NCBI GenBank assembly: GCA_038087875.1
Contig: CM075979.1
Location: forward strand, 12,028,001 to 12,092,000
Reading direction: 5' to 3'
Origin: Malacoraja senta
Taxonomy: Eukaryota
Length of the DNA: 64,000 nucleotides
Position 1 is the first letter of the stretch; each line of letters begins with the position of its first letter. Below are positions 51,556 to 62,460 of this stretch, piece by piece. The notes below the pieces were generated by a model that saw only the letters and a program-made list of their open reading frames with translations, did no database searches and was not told where the DNA came from. The position numbers and the translations under genes were made by a program.

Positions 51556-53567
51556 CCCAGGAGTTTAATTTTCTCATGACATGGGTGGCTTATGCCTGTT
51601 ACTGGGTGAGTTAATAATCCTGGATCACTGGGAAAGACCATTGGTGACTCAACCACCATGTCATGTAGAACCGGGAACCATGGCTGTGTAGGCCAGTCGG
51701 GCACCATCAAAATTCCAGAAGCAGAGTCCATCTGTATTTTGCGAAGTACCCGACTGATGAGGCAGAAGGGAGGGAAAGCATAGAAGAAGAACTTTCCCCA
51801 ATCCAGCGTGAAGGCATCTAGCGCTGCTGCCTCTGGGTCTGGTTCCCAAGCGACATACATAGGTAACTGGTGATTTAGTCGTGATGCAAATAAATCAATA
51901 TCTGGCGTTCCATACTGCTTAATAACTTTAGCAAATACTTTAGGGTTTAACATCCATTCTATGTTATCATTGAATTTGCGTGACCTGGTGTCTGCCACTT
52001 TGTTTAGCTTACCTGGTAGATAAGTAGCTGATAGCCAAATATGTCTTTCGACACACCATTGCCAAATCACATTGACCAATTTGTCGCATGATAGTGATTT
52101 TATGCCGCCCATATGGTTAATATAAGCCACCACCGTAGTATTATCTATTTGTAACCGAACATGCAAGTGCTGCACAGTAGATACATATGCTTTTAAACCA
52201 TAAAAGGCTCCCAACATCTCTAGATAGTTAATGCCCAGTGTCAGTAGTAACGATGACTCTAGGTTAGTCCATCTACCACCTGTGCTGGATATGGAGTTAG
52301 TTGCTCCCCAGCCTTGAGCACTGACATCTGTTTGAAGAACTAAAGTAGGATTAGTGATAATGATAGAGCTGACACTATGCCAAACATTTTCTGCCCACCA
52401 CTGTAGCTCTGATATTGCTTCAGTGGGTAATTTCATGACACGATCATAGTGACCTGTATGTCGCTTTAGTGCCTGTACCTTTGCTCTTTGTAAATTTTGA
52501 TAGTGCAAAGGTCCGAATTGTGTAGCCGGAAATGCTGCTACCATTTTCCCAATCACTCTTGCTACTTGTCGAATAGTTGGTCGTTTGTTGACCATTAAAT
52601 TGTTGCATGATTGTGCTAATGCAACCATTTTTTCCTTTGGCAAGGTAACAGTCATATGGACTGAGTTAATTGTGGAGCCCAGGTAGTCCATGATAGTGGA
52701 TGGCTTCAACTTAGATTTATCTGGATGGATGATGAACCCCAGAGTTTCGAGGAGCTGTTTTGTAGCTGATACTGCTGCCACAGCCAATTCCTTCGTTTTC
52801 CCTACTATCAGAATATCATCCAAATATGCCATGACAATATGTTTTCGTTTTCTTAGTATTGCCATGGCTATTTTCAATATTTTGGTAAATAATCTTGGGG
52901 CCGAAGTTAGCCCATTGGGCAATGCTTTGTACTGCCACAGCTGCCCCAACCAGATAAATTTTAGGTATCTGCAATGATCTTTGTGTATGGGGACTGAATA
53001 GTACGCATCTCTAAGATCAATGCTTGCCATGAAATATCCTTTGGAAATCAGTTGTTTGGCAGTAACAAATGTTTCCATTTTGAAATGTATATACTGAACA
53101 AACTTATTTAGTGATCTTAAGTCGATGAGGATGCGACATCCCCCATCTTTTTTGGTTTTAGTGAATATATTTGATACAAATTCCAAAGGTTCATGTTTGG
53201 TCTTTTCGATGACCCCCTTTGTGATAAGTCTCACCAGTTCAGCTTGTCCCTCACGTTTCTCTTTGACGGAGGGAGAAAATACCCTTTGGGGCCAATGCTG
53301 AACTGGCGGCGATTGTTCTGACATGAACTGAATTTTATATCCACTAATGCTGTTGAGTATATACTTGTCACTCGTGACAGTAACCCATGCTTCTTTAAAC
53401 AAGTGTAATCTCCCCCCTGTTAGTAAAGCACCCTTATTCTCTATATGCTGGCAGGAACCAGACCCACCTACCTCCATGGTTATTGGTGTTTCTTTTGTTT
53501 CCTGAGGTTTTTGTACGGTTTGTTTGTCTGACGTGCTGGCGATGTTGGGGGGTGGCGCATTTTCCAT
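51543..53567 (-). CDS. DIRS pol: reverse transcriptase + RNase H + adenine-methyltransferase-like domain, intact frame
   Basis: RT: SIDLRDAYYSVPI, LPNGLTSAPRLFTK, YLDD. RNase H: LQTDVSAQGWGA, INYLEM, LQIDNTTVVAYI, ADTRSR. MT-like: PDIDLFAS...YAFPPF...ILMVPDWPTQPWF. Confidence 0.96.
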   Translation of the reverse strand: MENAPPPNIASTSDKQTVQKPQETKETPITMEVGGSGSCQHIENKGALLTGGRLHLFKEAWVTVTSDKYILNSISGYKIQFMSEQSPPVQHWPQRVFSPSVKEKREGQAELVRLITKGVIEKTKHEPLEFVSNIFTKTKKDGGCRILIDLRSLNKFVQYIHFKMETFVTAKQLISKGYFMASIDLRDAYYSVPIHKDHCRYLKFIWLGQLWQYKALPNGLTSAPRLFTKILKIAMAILRKRKHIVMAYLDDILIVGKTKELAVAAVSATKQLLETLGFIIHPDKSKLKPSTIMDYLGSTINSVHMTVTLPKEKMVALAQSCNNLMVNKRPTIRQVARVIGKMVAAFPATQFGPLHYQNLQRAKVQALKRHTGHYDRVMKLPTEAISELQWWAENVWHSVSSIIITNPTLVLQTDVSAQGWGATNSISSTGGRWTNLESSLLLTLGINYLEMLGAFYGLKAYVSTVQHLHVRLQIDNTTVVAYINHMGGIKSLSCDKLVNVIWQWCVERHIWLSATYLPGKLNKVADTRSRKFNDNIEWMLNPKVFAKVIKQYGTPDIDLFASRLNHQLPMYVAWEPDPEAAALDAFTLDWGKFFFYAFPPFCLISRVLRKIQMDSASGILMVPDWPTQPWFPVLHDMVVESPMVFPSDPGLLTHPVTGISHPCHEKIKLLGCRF

Positions 53568-54781
53568 GGGGTCCGCTGTGGGCCCTGATCTAAAAAAGAT
53601 CTTTGGGGATAAAATGCGGTCCCCGAGCTTTCACCAGTCCCATATTGAGGACGTCGACTGGTGGATGCCATGGGGTGCTGCCGCTTGGGTATTGCAGCTC
53701 TTGGTTTGCTCGTCCCGGGGCCTGCCCTCATGAGGCCGAAAGTTTTCGCTGCTTCCTCCATGTCCCTCAGTTTTTTATTGAGGTCTTTCCCAAATAACAG
53801 AGCATCCGTCTCTGCAGCTGGGGCTCTGCACAACCCAGCAAATTTGGGATTGAGGGCAGGTCTTATGTTTTCGCGCCGGAGATTGTTGATTTCAAATTGT
53901 GTGTTGCACATCAGTGCCAGCACATCCTGCTGGCACGTATCCATCTCCGTACTATCCACAGAACGAGCAAAGGCTGTTATGGCCGACGTCAGGAGCCTCA
54001 GGATCCGCTGTAGCTTGACTTCATGGTTACGCATGTTTGACCCCACGTGCCCCCAGATCTGGCTGTTCACAGTCTTCACTCTGAGGGCCTCACAGTTCTC
54101 TGGTGCTGTGTACAGTTCAAGCGCCTCTAGCAGTACCTTCTCCTGCTAGGGCTTATTTGATAGATGATTTATGCTGGCTGCCATTTTTGGTTCCAGCGGT
54201 CTTCCAGCACGTGGGGTTGCTACATAGCGGTCCACGACACCCAGCAGCTCTTCCTGCTCCTGCACCCCTTGCATACCGCCGAATTCGTCCGCCAGCCCCT
54301 GTTCCAGACCAGCCCAACCCTGGTCGCCAATGCTAGCCTCCAGTAATGAGGGAGCAGAGGGCAGTGCACAAGACACTGTGGAGGAGGTGCCTGACCTACC
54401 TCCGCGGGAACGCTCCTTCTGCGCATCCCGCTGGAGCATCTGCTCCAAGAGCTGTTGTAAGCTCTGGCGGCTGTCTCTCCTCCGTTTCGGTGGAGACATG
54501 TCCCCCTCCGACGAATCAGAAATGACCGGCCGGATACTTTTCCTCATGGCTTTCCTCCCTGTCCGCTGTGCAGGCATTAGCGGGACTGGGCTCGGCTCGG
54601 TCTCGGGGATAGCGGAGCGCTCTATGAGCGTTCCTGCCGCCTGTTGCTGTCCCCCTGCGATTGAACGCTCCTCTGGTGGAGATGAGCTGGGGGCAGTTCT
54701 CTTCGAGAGTCTTTTCTTTTGTGAACTCATTTCGTAAGTACACGTCTTTAACTCTCCTTCTCCGTTAGATAACTTCAGCAT
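53480..54781 (-). pseudogene. DIRS gag-like ORF1 interrupted by one in-frame TAG at 54146-54148
   Basis: ORFs 54146-54781 and 53480-54079 share a frame; the intervening 66 nt are open (NKP*QEKVLLEALELYTAPENCEALRVKTVNSQIW); conserved-looking PENC..L.V..VN..IW, RRENIRPALN and LLFG motifs. Confidence 0.85.
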
Positions 54782-54860
54782 ACTTACCCAACGGTCCGTC
54801 TTTTAAACTGCAGCCGGAGAGCCTTCCTCCAGCTGCCGCCGCTGTTGCACTGCTGGCGTA

Positions 54861-54923
54861 ATGCCGCGCCTGCGCACTGAGCGGGTTCTTCACGAAGTCA
54901 CTCACGTGACTCCGAAGTAAAAT
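54861..54923 (-). repeat. DIRS left terminus (ICR-complementary end + ITR)
   Basis: - strand ATTTTACTTCGGAGTCACGTGAGTGACTTCGTGAAGAACCCGCTCAGTGCGCAGGCGCGGCAT. Confidence 0.95.
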
Positions 54924-55139
54924 TTGCTAATATGAAGTGTATGTGAAATATAGAAAATAAACAGACATTTTTTTTCAAGTTACGTTTCTTGACATATGGA
55001 CGTGTGTAATGGAAAATCGCGATTATAGACCGAGTAATTCCTCTTCCTGCTGTAAAGTGGGGTGATCTGTAAAGGAAAGCGGGAAAAGATTGATATAAAA
55101 ACGACAAAGGAAAAGAAAATAATGTCCACATAATGTCAG

Positions 55140-55880
55140 GACTTCAGTGGTACACCGAGCGGCGCTAGTAATGGCTGCCTCGCCAACAGTCTGTCCCTTC
55201 CTTCTTTTGTTGTTTGTTTGTATGTGTTAAATGTCTGTTTTAATGTTCTTTAGCTTATTTTATGTGGGGGGAGGGGGTTGGGGGAAACTTTTTCGAATCT
55301 CTTACCTCGACGGAGATGTGATTTTTTTTCCGTAACGTATCTCCGTCCGCACTGCGGCCTAACATCGAGGAGTTGGTGACCTTTGCTGGAGACCGACTTC
55401 GAGAGCTCCACCGCGGGGAGCCTGCGGATTTAACATCACGGAACTGGCGATCCCTTTGCCAGGCATCGGCCTCTGAGCTGTACCGCGGGAGCCTGCGGAC
55501 GTTTAACATCGCGGAGCTCTCGGTCTCTGGTCAGAGACCGACTTCGGGAACTCCGAGCCGCATGAGCTTCGACCCCTCTGATGCGGGAACTTCGATCGCC
55601 CCGACGCAGGGGCTTCGATCGCTGGCTGCGGGAGGTTTGATCGTCCCCACTGTGGATGGTTCCACTGCCCCGACCGCGGGAGAATAAAGAGGAAGAAGAA
55701 TGGACTTTATTGCCTTCCATCACAGTGAGGAACGTGGGGAACGCGCTGTGGCGGATGTTTATGTTAACTTTTATGTAGTTGTGTGTCTTGTTGCTTTTTT
55801 TTTTAGTATGGCTGTTTGGTAATTCGAATTTCACTGTACCTTAATTGGTACATGTGACAATAAGCTGACCTGAAACCTTG
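55140..55880 (+). mobile_element. Non-coding, CpG-rich retroposon with internal tandem duplications and a Rex1-type tail
   Basis: 3' end TTTCACTGTACCTTAATTGGTACATGTGACAATAA resembles the tail at 10541-10600; internal CTGCGG..TAACATC..GGA occurs three times and GAGACCGACTTCG twice. Confidence 0.6.
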
Positions 55881-56789
55881 ACTTCTGATACATTGCACAG
55901 AGGTGGTGACTGAGATTCATCAGATGGCTTCCTATAAAAGGTCAGCATTGAGTCAGGAACACTGGTGTAATAACGTAAATGTCAGGTATAAATAATTCTG
56001 GTCTCGACAATCGAAAAACGTATCGTAGCATTTGAAGGAATACCAAATGATCAGATAATGAGAAACAATCGTGTAAGTTGGAGCTGTACAGCACGGAAAC
56101 AGGCCCTTTTGCCAACCTTGCCCATGCTGACTATGTCAACATATTGGGCTAGTCCCATTTGCCTGCATTTCAGCTGCCAGAGGAAGCTAGAGAGGTGGAT
56201 ACAATTACGTCTTTTGAAAGACATTTGGACAGATATACAGATAGGAAGGTTTTCGAGGGCCATGGGCTAAATGCAGGCAAATGGGCCTAGACCAGTATGC
56301 CATCTTGGTTGGCAAAAACAAGTTAGATTGATAATCTTGTTTCCATGTTTTTTGCTCTGTGTCTCTATGGGAAACTGTGTTTTAAGTAGTAGGGTGGGGG
56401 AAGGACGGAGAGAGCATTGTTGTCAGGTGATACAGAGCTCTTGTTACATCTGGATGGACGAAGATCATTAAAAGGGAACAAAAAGTACTTGGCAGAACTG
56501 TGAAGATGCAGATGATTCCCTCAAATCTGGCAGATCCGAAGCACAAGTTCCCACAGCTGCTGCCGACGCTACTGAGTATTTCCAGCACCTTCTGTTCTTA
56601 TTTCCAACAACTGCAGTATTTTTTATTTTCAACCAGAGGGCAAGGCATTTCCTGGGGCAGACATACAAATCGCAGTGTTGAGGTCATTGAGTCAGTGAGA
56701 GGTCGCACCATGAACAGGTTGATGGTGGAGACACTGGAGGAAGAATCTGGTGATTCCTTCAAATGTAAATGGAAATTTCATCCAGGAAG

Positions 56790-57106
56790 TAAGAAATCCA
56801 GAACCAGGGGTCGCAGTCTTAGAATAATGGGGAGGCCATTTAAGACTGAGGTGAGAAAAAACGTTTTCACCCAGAGAGTTGTGAACTTGTGGAATTCCCT
56901 GCCACAGAGGGCAGTGGAGGCCAAATCACTGGATGGATTTAAGAGAGAGTTGGATAGAGCTCTAAGGGCTAGTGGAATCAAGGGATATGGGGAGAAGGCA
57001 GGCACGGGTTATTGATTGGGGACGATCAGCCATGATCACAATGAATGGCGGTGCTGGCTCGAAGGGCCGAATGGTCTCCTCCTGCACCTATTTTCTATGT
57101 TTCTAT
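56790..57106 (+). mobile_element. CR1 3' fragment
   Basis: SRTRGRSLRIMGRPFKTEVRKNVFTQRVVNLWNSLP..GIKGYGEKAGTGY with TTCTATGT tail. Confidence 0.9.
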
Positions 57107-58784
57107 AAATGGGGTCCCATCACTGAGTAGCCGACTTATAGTCAATGGAGTGTATTCAGTGGAGACACACAGCATGAAACAGGGCCTTTGGCCCGCCATG
57201 CCTACACAGACCCTCACGACCCTTTACACTACCCCTTTCCTATTTTATTCTCCCCCATATTCTCATCAACTCCTCCCTTAATTTACCCCTTACCTACACA
57301 CTGGGGGCAATTTACATTCACCTACCAACCGGCTCATGTTTGCGATGTGGGAGGTGACCGGAGTGCCCAGGGGAAACCCATGGGAACACAGGGAAAACAT
57401 GCAAACTCCATACAAAAATTATGGAGGTCAGGTTTGATCCTGACCTCCATAACGCCGGAGGTCAGGATCAAACCTGTGCTGCTGAAACCTTGTGCTGCAC
57501 CACTGTGCTGTCAGAGGAACCCTTATCCCAGAGGTTTCCCCCATGGGGGCACCCTGTCCTTGTCTCAGGGGTCTGCAAGGGACCCATAGATGGAGAGTGC
57601 TTGCTGGGGTGGATGGACTCAGCCACCTATGGAAGGGCAGAACCTGTGGGCTGTTTCCTGGCAGACTGCCCCAACGTTCTCTTGCAATACCAGACCTTCC
57701 CCAAGTTACAATAATGTTTTAACTCTTGTCTGAGATCAAGCTGACAATCAAATATCATCTTGTGATTCAGAAACAGAAACCAGATGTGCAGCATTTATCT
57801 CAGGAGACCCTCGGGCAGTTACACCACCACGGCCTGTGTCCTTTCGCTGGACGGTGCAAGGGTCATGGCAGCTCAGGACACTGCCCTTCTCTGCTCGGTA
57901 AGGACAAGAGAACTACATTTCTGTAGCGTCATTCACCACTGCAGTATATCTCAGAGCACTTTGTAGCCAATAGAACCACTGTGGTCACTACTGAGTCAAG
58001 AGTCTTTCATTGCCAGGTATAACAACAACAGAACAATAACATTCTTACTTGCTGCAACCTTACAGGGCTGTAAACACGCAGATTACAACAATCAATAATG
58101 CAATAAATCAATAATCAGACCATAATACTAGTGCAAAGCTGAAGTCCGTAGTGCAACCAACACAAAGTCCAAAAACCAGCTGTTCTCTGTCCGCTGGCCA
58201 TTTGCACGCACTTGCTAACTGCAGGCATGTACCATCCCTGTCATACCATTCATTGTTTTGCACCGCTCTTTCACAGATGCCTTAATCTAGAACATTGCTG
58301 GAGTTGCCAGCCATTTGTAATCCAGAAGCACTTTAGACCATTGTCGTTGGATCGACATCGAGAGGGAGTAGAGAAACCTTCACCATCAGAGGAGCACCGG
58401 ACTGAAGCGGGAGAGGCGCAGACCGCAGCCAGGTGAGATCACCTTGCACGTACAGTACATCATGGTCTGTCTACACTTGAGCCAGCAGTACTGGCCACTG
58501 GACCTGACTGCCGGAGGATAGTCAACCAGTGCAGAGCAAGGTCGGGCACCTGAGAGGTCAGGCCTGGAACTAAAGATCTCGGCTCCAGGCCTAGGGTAGC
58601 ACCTAACCACAGCGGGTCTGCTGCATGGGACAGAGGGTTGGGGGAGATCAGCATCTTTCCCCGGGCTTGAAAATATCCAGAGAGGAAGGGAAGGATCTGT
58701 ATTTCTGCAGCACCCATCCCATCCCTTTCAGGATGTCCAAAGCCCTCCCCAGCCAATGCAACACTTATTTGGAAGTGGTATAAT

Positions 58785-59420
58785 GTTATAGAGCTGTACA
58801 GTAAGAAAAGGCCCTGCAGCCCACCCTGTCCATGCTGATAAATTGGCATATTGGGCTAATCCCATTTGCCTGCATTTGGCCCATAGCCCTCCAACCCCTC
58901 CAATCCATATATCTGTCCAAACATATTTTGAAAGTTGTAATTATATCCGCTTCTATAGCATGTTCTGGCAGTGCATTCCAGATACAGACTACTTTGAGTG
59001 AAAAGGTTGTCCCTCAGATCCCATTTAAATCTCTCCCCTCTCACCTTAAGCCGATGCCTTCTAGTATTAGAATACTCTACCTTGGGGAACAGACTGTGCG
59101 TGTGCATGTTATCTATGCCCCTCGCGATCTTGTACACCTCAATGAGGTCACCCCTCACTCTCCTATGCTCCATGATAAAAAGTCCCAGCATATCCAACAT
59201 CTCCCTATAACTCAAGCCCGTAAACCCAGGTGACATCCTTGTGAATCTCTTTGGAACCTTTCCGACTTTAATGGCATCCTTCCTATCGCTGGGCGATCCA
59301 AACTACAAACAGTACTTCAAGTGTGGTCTCGCCAACTACTTGTACAGTTGGATTATGATGTCCCAACGTTTTTGCTCAGTACTTTTCCCAATGAAGGCAA
59401 GCATGCCAAAGGTCACCTTC
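58785..59420 (-). mobile_element. Older CR1 3' fragment
   Basis: ORF 58856-59236(-): PGFTGLSYREMLDMLGLF..RRVRGDLIEVYKI. The same older family occurs at about 11040-11430, 20490-20895, 32030-32370, 41050-41600, 44110-44435 and 49380-49800. Confidence 0.85.
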
Positions 59421-60504
59421 TCGTGTCCCAGACACCCCCCATCATGGGAAAAAGATTCATACCATCTACCCTACAAACCCCATCATGATTTTGTCCGGTT
59501 CCCCCTCAGTCTCATATCGTGGGAGGTACAATGCTATGACTCCATAAAAACAAGGTCATACAATCCGTCAAAGGTTTTACTGGAAGCATTTAAGGAAGAC
59601 ATGTTATTTTGCTAAAATGAGTATGGAAATATAGGCATCTTGGCCGGCATGGACAAGTTGGGCCAAAGGGTCTTTTTCTTTGTTGTCTGAATGTCTGAAC
59701 TGCAGCCTAATACGCGAAGCAAGTAGATTGTTTTCCTGTTTGGCATCACTCTCAAATCAATTCTTTGTTTTGTTAATTGTTTTGGTCCACAAGGAACATC
59801 TTGGGTGGAACCAGGTCCCTGAAGGCAGATGAGGAGCAAGCACTGAGCCCAGAGGCTGAAGCACAACTTCCTGCCACCACTGTGAGTCTGTACAGTCCGA
59901 ATTCCTCTGAAGAAGTGCTAACAATTACCAGGGCAACATGATCTAAATTCAGAATCCTTCAAATACTTCATCCATGTTTGGAATATGTCCCCTGTGGCCT
60001 TCCATTGCTGGCGATTTTGTCTGAATTCCACAGAGAGAGATGAGCTTCGATAATCTACTGATCTTTATCCAACAACATATTTCTGTTTCCTCATTCCTGC
60101 TCCTTGAACAGAAATAGCAGACACAGCTAATTACTTCATGACAATAATACACGATAGCATAATGGGAATGGTTGTATCACACTGCACAATGAGTCTATTC
60201 GTCGCCCCATCCCTGTGCTAGCCCCTTGAGAGAACTCTGCATCCAGGCCCACTAGGAGAGCCACAGAGCCCCACAGCATGGAACAAGGCCCTTCGGCCCA
60301 TCATGTCCATGCCACCAAGTTGCCAAGCTGGGCTGGTCCCATTTGCCCGCATTTAGCCCATATTCCTCTAAACCTTCCCCTTCCAAACATCTTTAAAAGT
60401 CGTAACTGTATCCACTTCTATAGCTTCCTTTGGCAGCTCATCCCAGATGCACACAACCTTCTGTTGCCTCTGAGGTCCCTCTTAAATCTCTCCTCTCTCA
60501 CCAT

Positions 60505-61263
60505 TATCTGAATGGTGGCCGATTAGGAAAAGGGGAGATGCAACGAGACCTGGGTGTCATGGTACACCAGTCATTGAAAGTAGGCATGCGGGTGCAGCAG
60601 GCAGCAAAGAAAGCGAATGGTATGTTGGCATTCATAGCAAAAGGATTTGAGTGTAGGAGCAGGGAGGTTCTACTGCAGTTGTACAGGGTCTTGGTGAGAC
60701 CACACCTGGAGTATTGCGTACAGTTTTGGTCTCCAAATCTGAGGAAAGACATTCTTGCCATAGAGGGAGTACAGAGAAGGTTCACCAGACTGATTCCTGG
60801 GATGTCTGGACTTTCATATGAAGAAAGACTGGATAGACTCGGCTTGTACTCGCTAGAATTTAGAAGATTGAGGGGGGATCTTATAGAAACTTACAAAATT
60901 CTTAAGGGGTTGGACAGGCTAGATGCAGGAAGATTGTTCCCGATGTTGGGGAAGTCCAGAACAAGGGGTCACAGTTTAAGGATAAGGGGGAAATCTTTTA
61001 GGACCGAGATGAGAAAAACATTTTTCACACAGAGAGTGGTGAATCTGTGGAATTCTCTGCCACAGAAGGTAGTTGAGGCCAGTTCATTGGCTATATTTAA
61101 GAGGGAGTTAGATGTGGCCCTTGTGGCTAAAGGGATCAGGGGGTATGGAGAGAAGGCAGGGATGGGATACTGAGTTGGATGATCAGCCATGATCATATTG
61201 AATGGCGGTGCAGGCTCGAAGGGCCGAATGGGCTACTCCTGCACGTATTTTCTATGTTTCTAT
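60505..61263 (+). mobile_element. Young 5'-truncated CR1 nested in an older antisense CR1 (about 60265-61460)
   Basis: Uninterrupted ORF2 C-terminus YLNGGRLGKGEMQRDLGVMVHQSLKV...GYGEKAGMGY; the older host copy resumes after 61263. Confidence 0.93.
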
Positions 61264-61733
61264 AAACCTACACTTTTTAGTTTTAGAATCCTCTCCCCTG
61301 GGAAAAAAACTATGAGCGTTCACGTTATCCATGCCTCCATGGTCTTGCACACCTCAGAAAGGTCACCCTTTAGCTTCCTATGCTCTGAAGAAACAAGTGC
61401 CTGCCTATCCAGCGTTCCCTATAATTGAAGCTCTCAGGTCCAGGTAGCATCTGAGAGGTGTAGAATTCCCACCCACAGCTGCAGGAGATGTTCAACTCTT
61501 GATTGGGAATCCCAGAGTAATAGAATTTAGCCAGACGTCTGGCGCCAAGGTGCGGGATATTAGCTACAATGCTTCCTCTAGCTCCCTTCGATGGTGGGGA
61601 AGTCGGTACCTGTGATGGTCCCAGCAATGTCTAGCACTCTCAATAGTCCATTGGCTTCCATTCGATTGGATTGTGATGCTGGAGTGAGTGGGTCAGGGTG
61701 TTCTGGGTCTGACGGACTCTCTCTTTCACACAG

Positions 61734-61940
61734 TTGCCAGAAGACGAAGATTCTGCCCCGATCTCCTCCTTGCGGCTGCTGCTCATCAACTTCACTCTAC
61801 CAGGGCTCGACCCTTCCTGCCGTTCCACTGGCTCTTCAACTCGCGGCCCTCGCTGTACTGTAGCCCCCAGCATGCCCACCCTGCCTGAGGAGGAGGAAGG
61901 CTCTGAGCACCGGGACACAACGCAGAACTCTAAGCCCAAC
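61734..61940 (+). CDS. Candidate host-gene exon (207 nt), possibly carrying the start codon (MPTLPEEEEGSEHRDTTQNSKPN)
   Basis: Strong acceptor CTCTCTCTTTCACACAG (AG 61732-61733), donor GTAAGA at 61941, GC-rich unique sequence, open in phase 0-0; ATG at 61872. Confidence 0.5.
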
Positions 61941-62160
61941 GTAAGAAATGGAAATAACGGTCATCGTGAACAAGCAGATGGGGAGACCAGGGGGAGTTTA
62001 GCGGCTCATGTGTGGATGTGGATTGTGACAAATTGTGTTCTAAAGGCTAGTCCCATTCATTGCAAAGATACGCACAAAATGCTGGAGTAACTCAGCGGGT
62101 CGGGCAGCATCTCTGGATACAAAGGTTGGGTGACGTTTCTGGTCAGATCTCTCTTCAGTT

Positions 62161-62460
62161 AAACCCCTGTCTCACGGTGCGAGCTGACCCACGAGGTACC
62201 CCGAGCATAAAACAAATTTAAGTCGTGGTAATCACGTGGATTAACGTAGCGGGAACGTCGGAACTCGTGGACGCAACTTAGCGACTCTTGGCGCTAACGG
62301 CAGGTACCCGTGACGCTTGTTCACTCTTGGAAAAATTCAAACATGTTTAAACTTTTCCACGAGTAAAATGAGGTTAAAATTTGAAACATTTAAACACGTT
62401 GTAAGAACGCAGTGGCCCGTGCGTTTACCTTAGTGACTCGTGAGTCTACCGTGGGAACTC
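62161..62460. mobile_element. Truncated PIF/Harbinger-like MITE between Penelope pLTR pieces
   Basis: Starts AACCCCTGTCTCACGG, resembling the CCTGTCCCAC terminus of the 10729 MITE; CpG-rich; right end only partly complementary (CCGTGGGA). Confidence 0.5.

Larger units (their letters stand above)
50061..54923 (-). mobile_element. Complete DIRS1-type tyrosine-recombinase retrotransposon (4863 bp)
   Basis: gag-like, RT/RNaseH/MT and YR ORFs in order; 34-bp ITRs (33/34); ICR complementary to both ends; TAAAAT present at both boundaries (50061-50066 and 54918-54923). Confidence 0.96.

Noticed and set aside
50572-51925. Prophage integrase or bacterial restriction-modification contamination
   Set aside because: The recombinase and MT-like domain are colinear with RT-RNaseH and gag inside ITR/ICR termini (DIRS1 architecture), and the flanks are vertebrate repeats.
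60430-61173. Host genes in ORFs 60430-61173, 45929-46486, 2556-3416 and 56500-57015
   Set aside because: All are CR1 ORF2 C-terminal fragments with chance upstream extensions.
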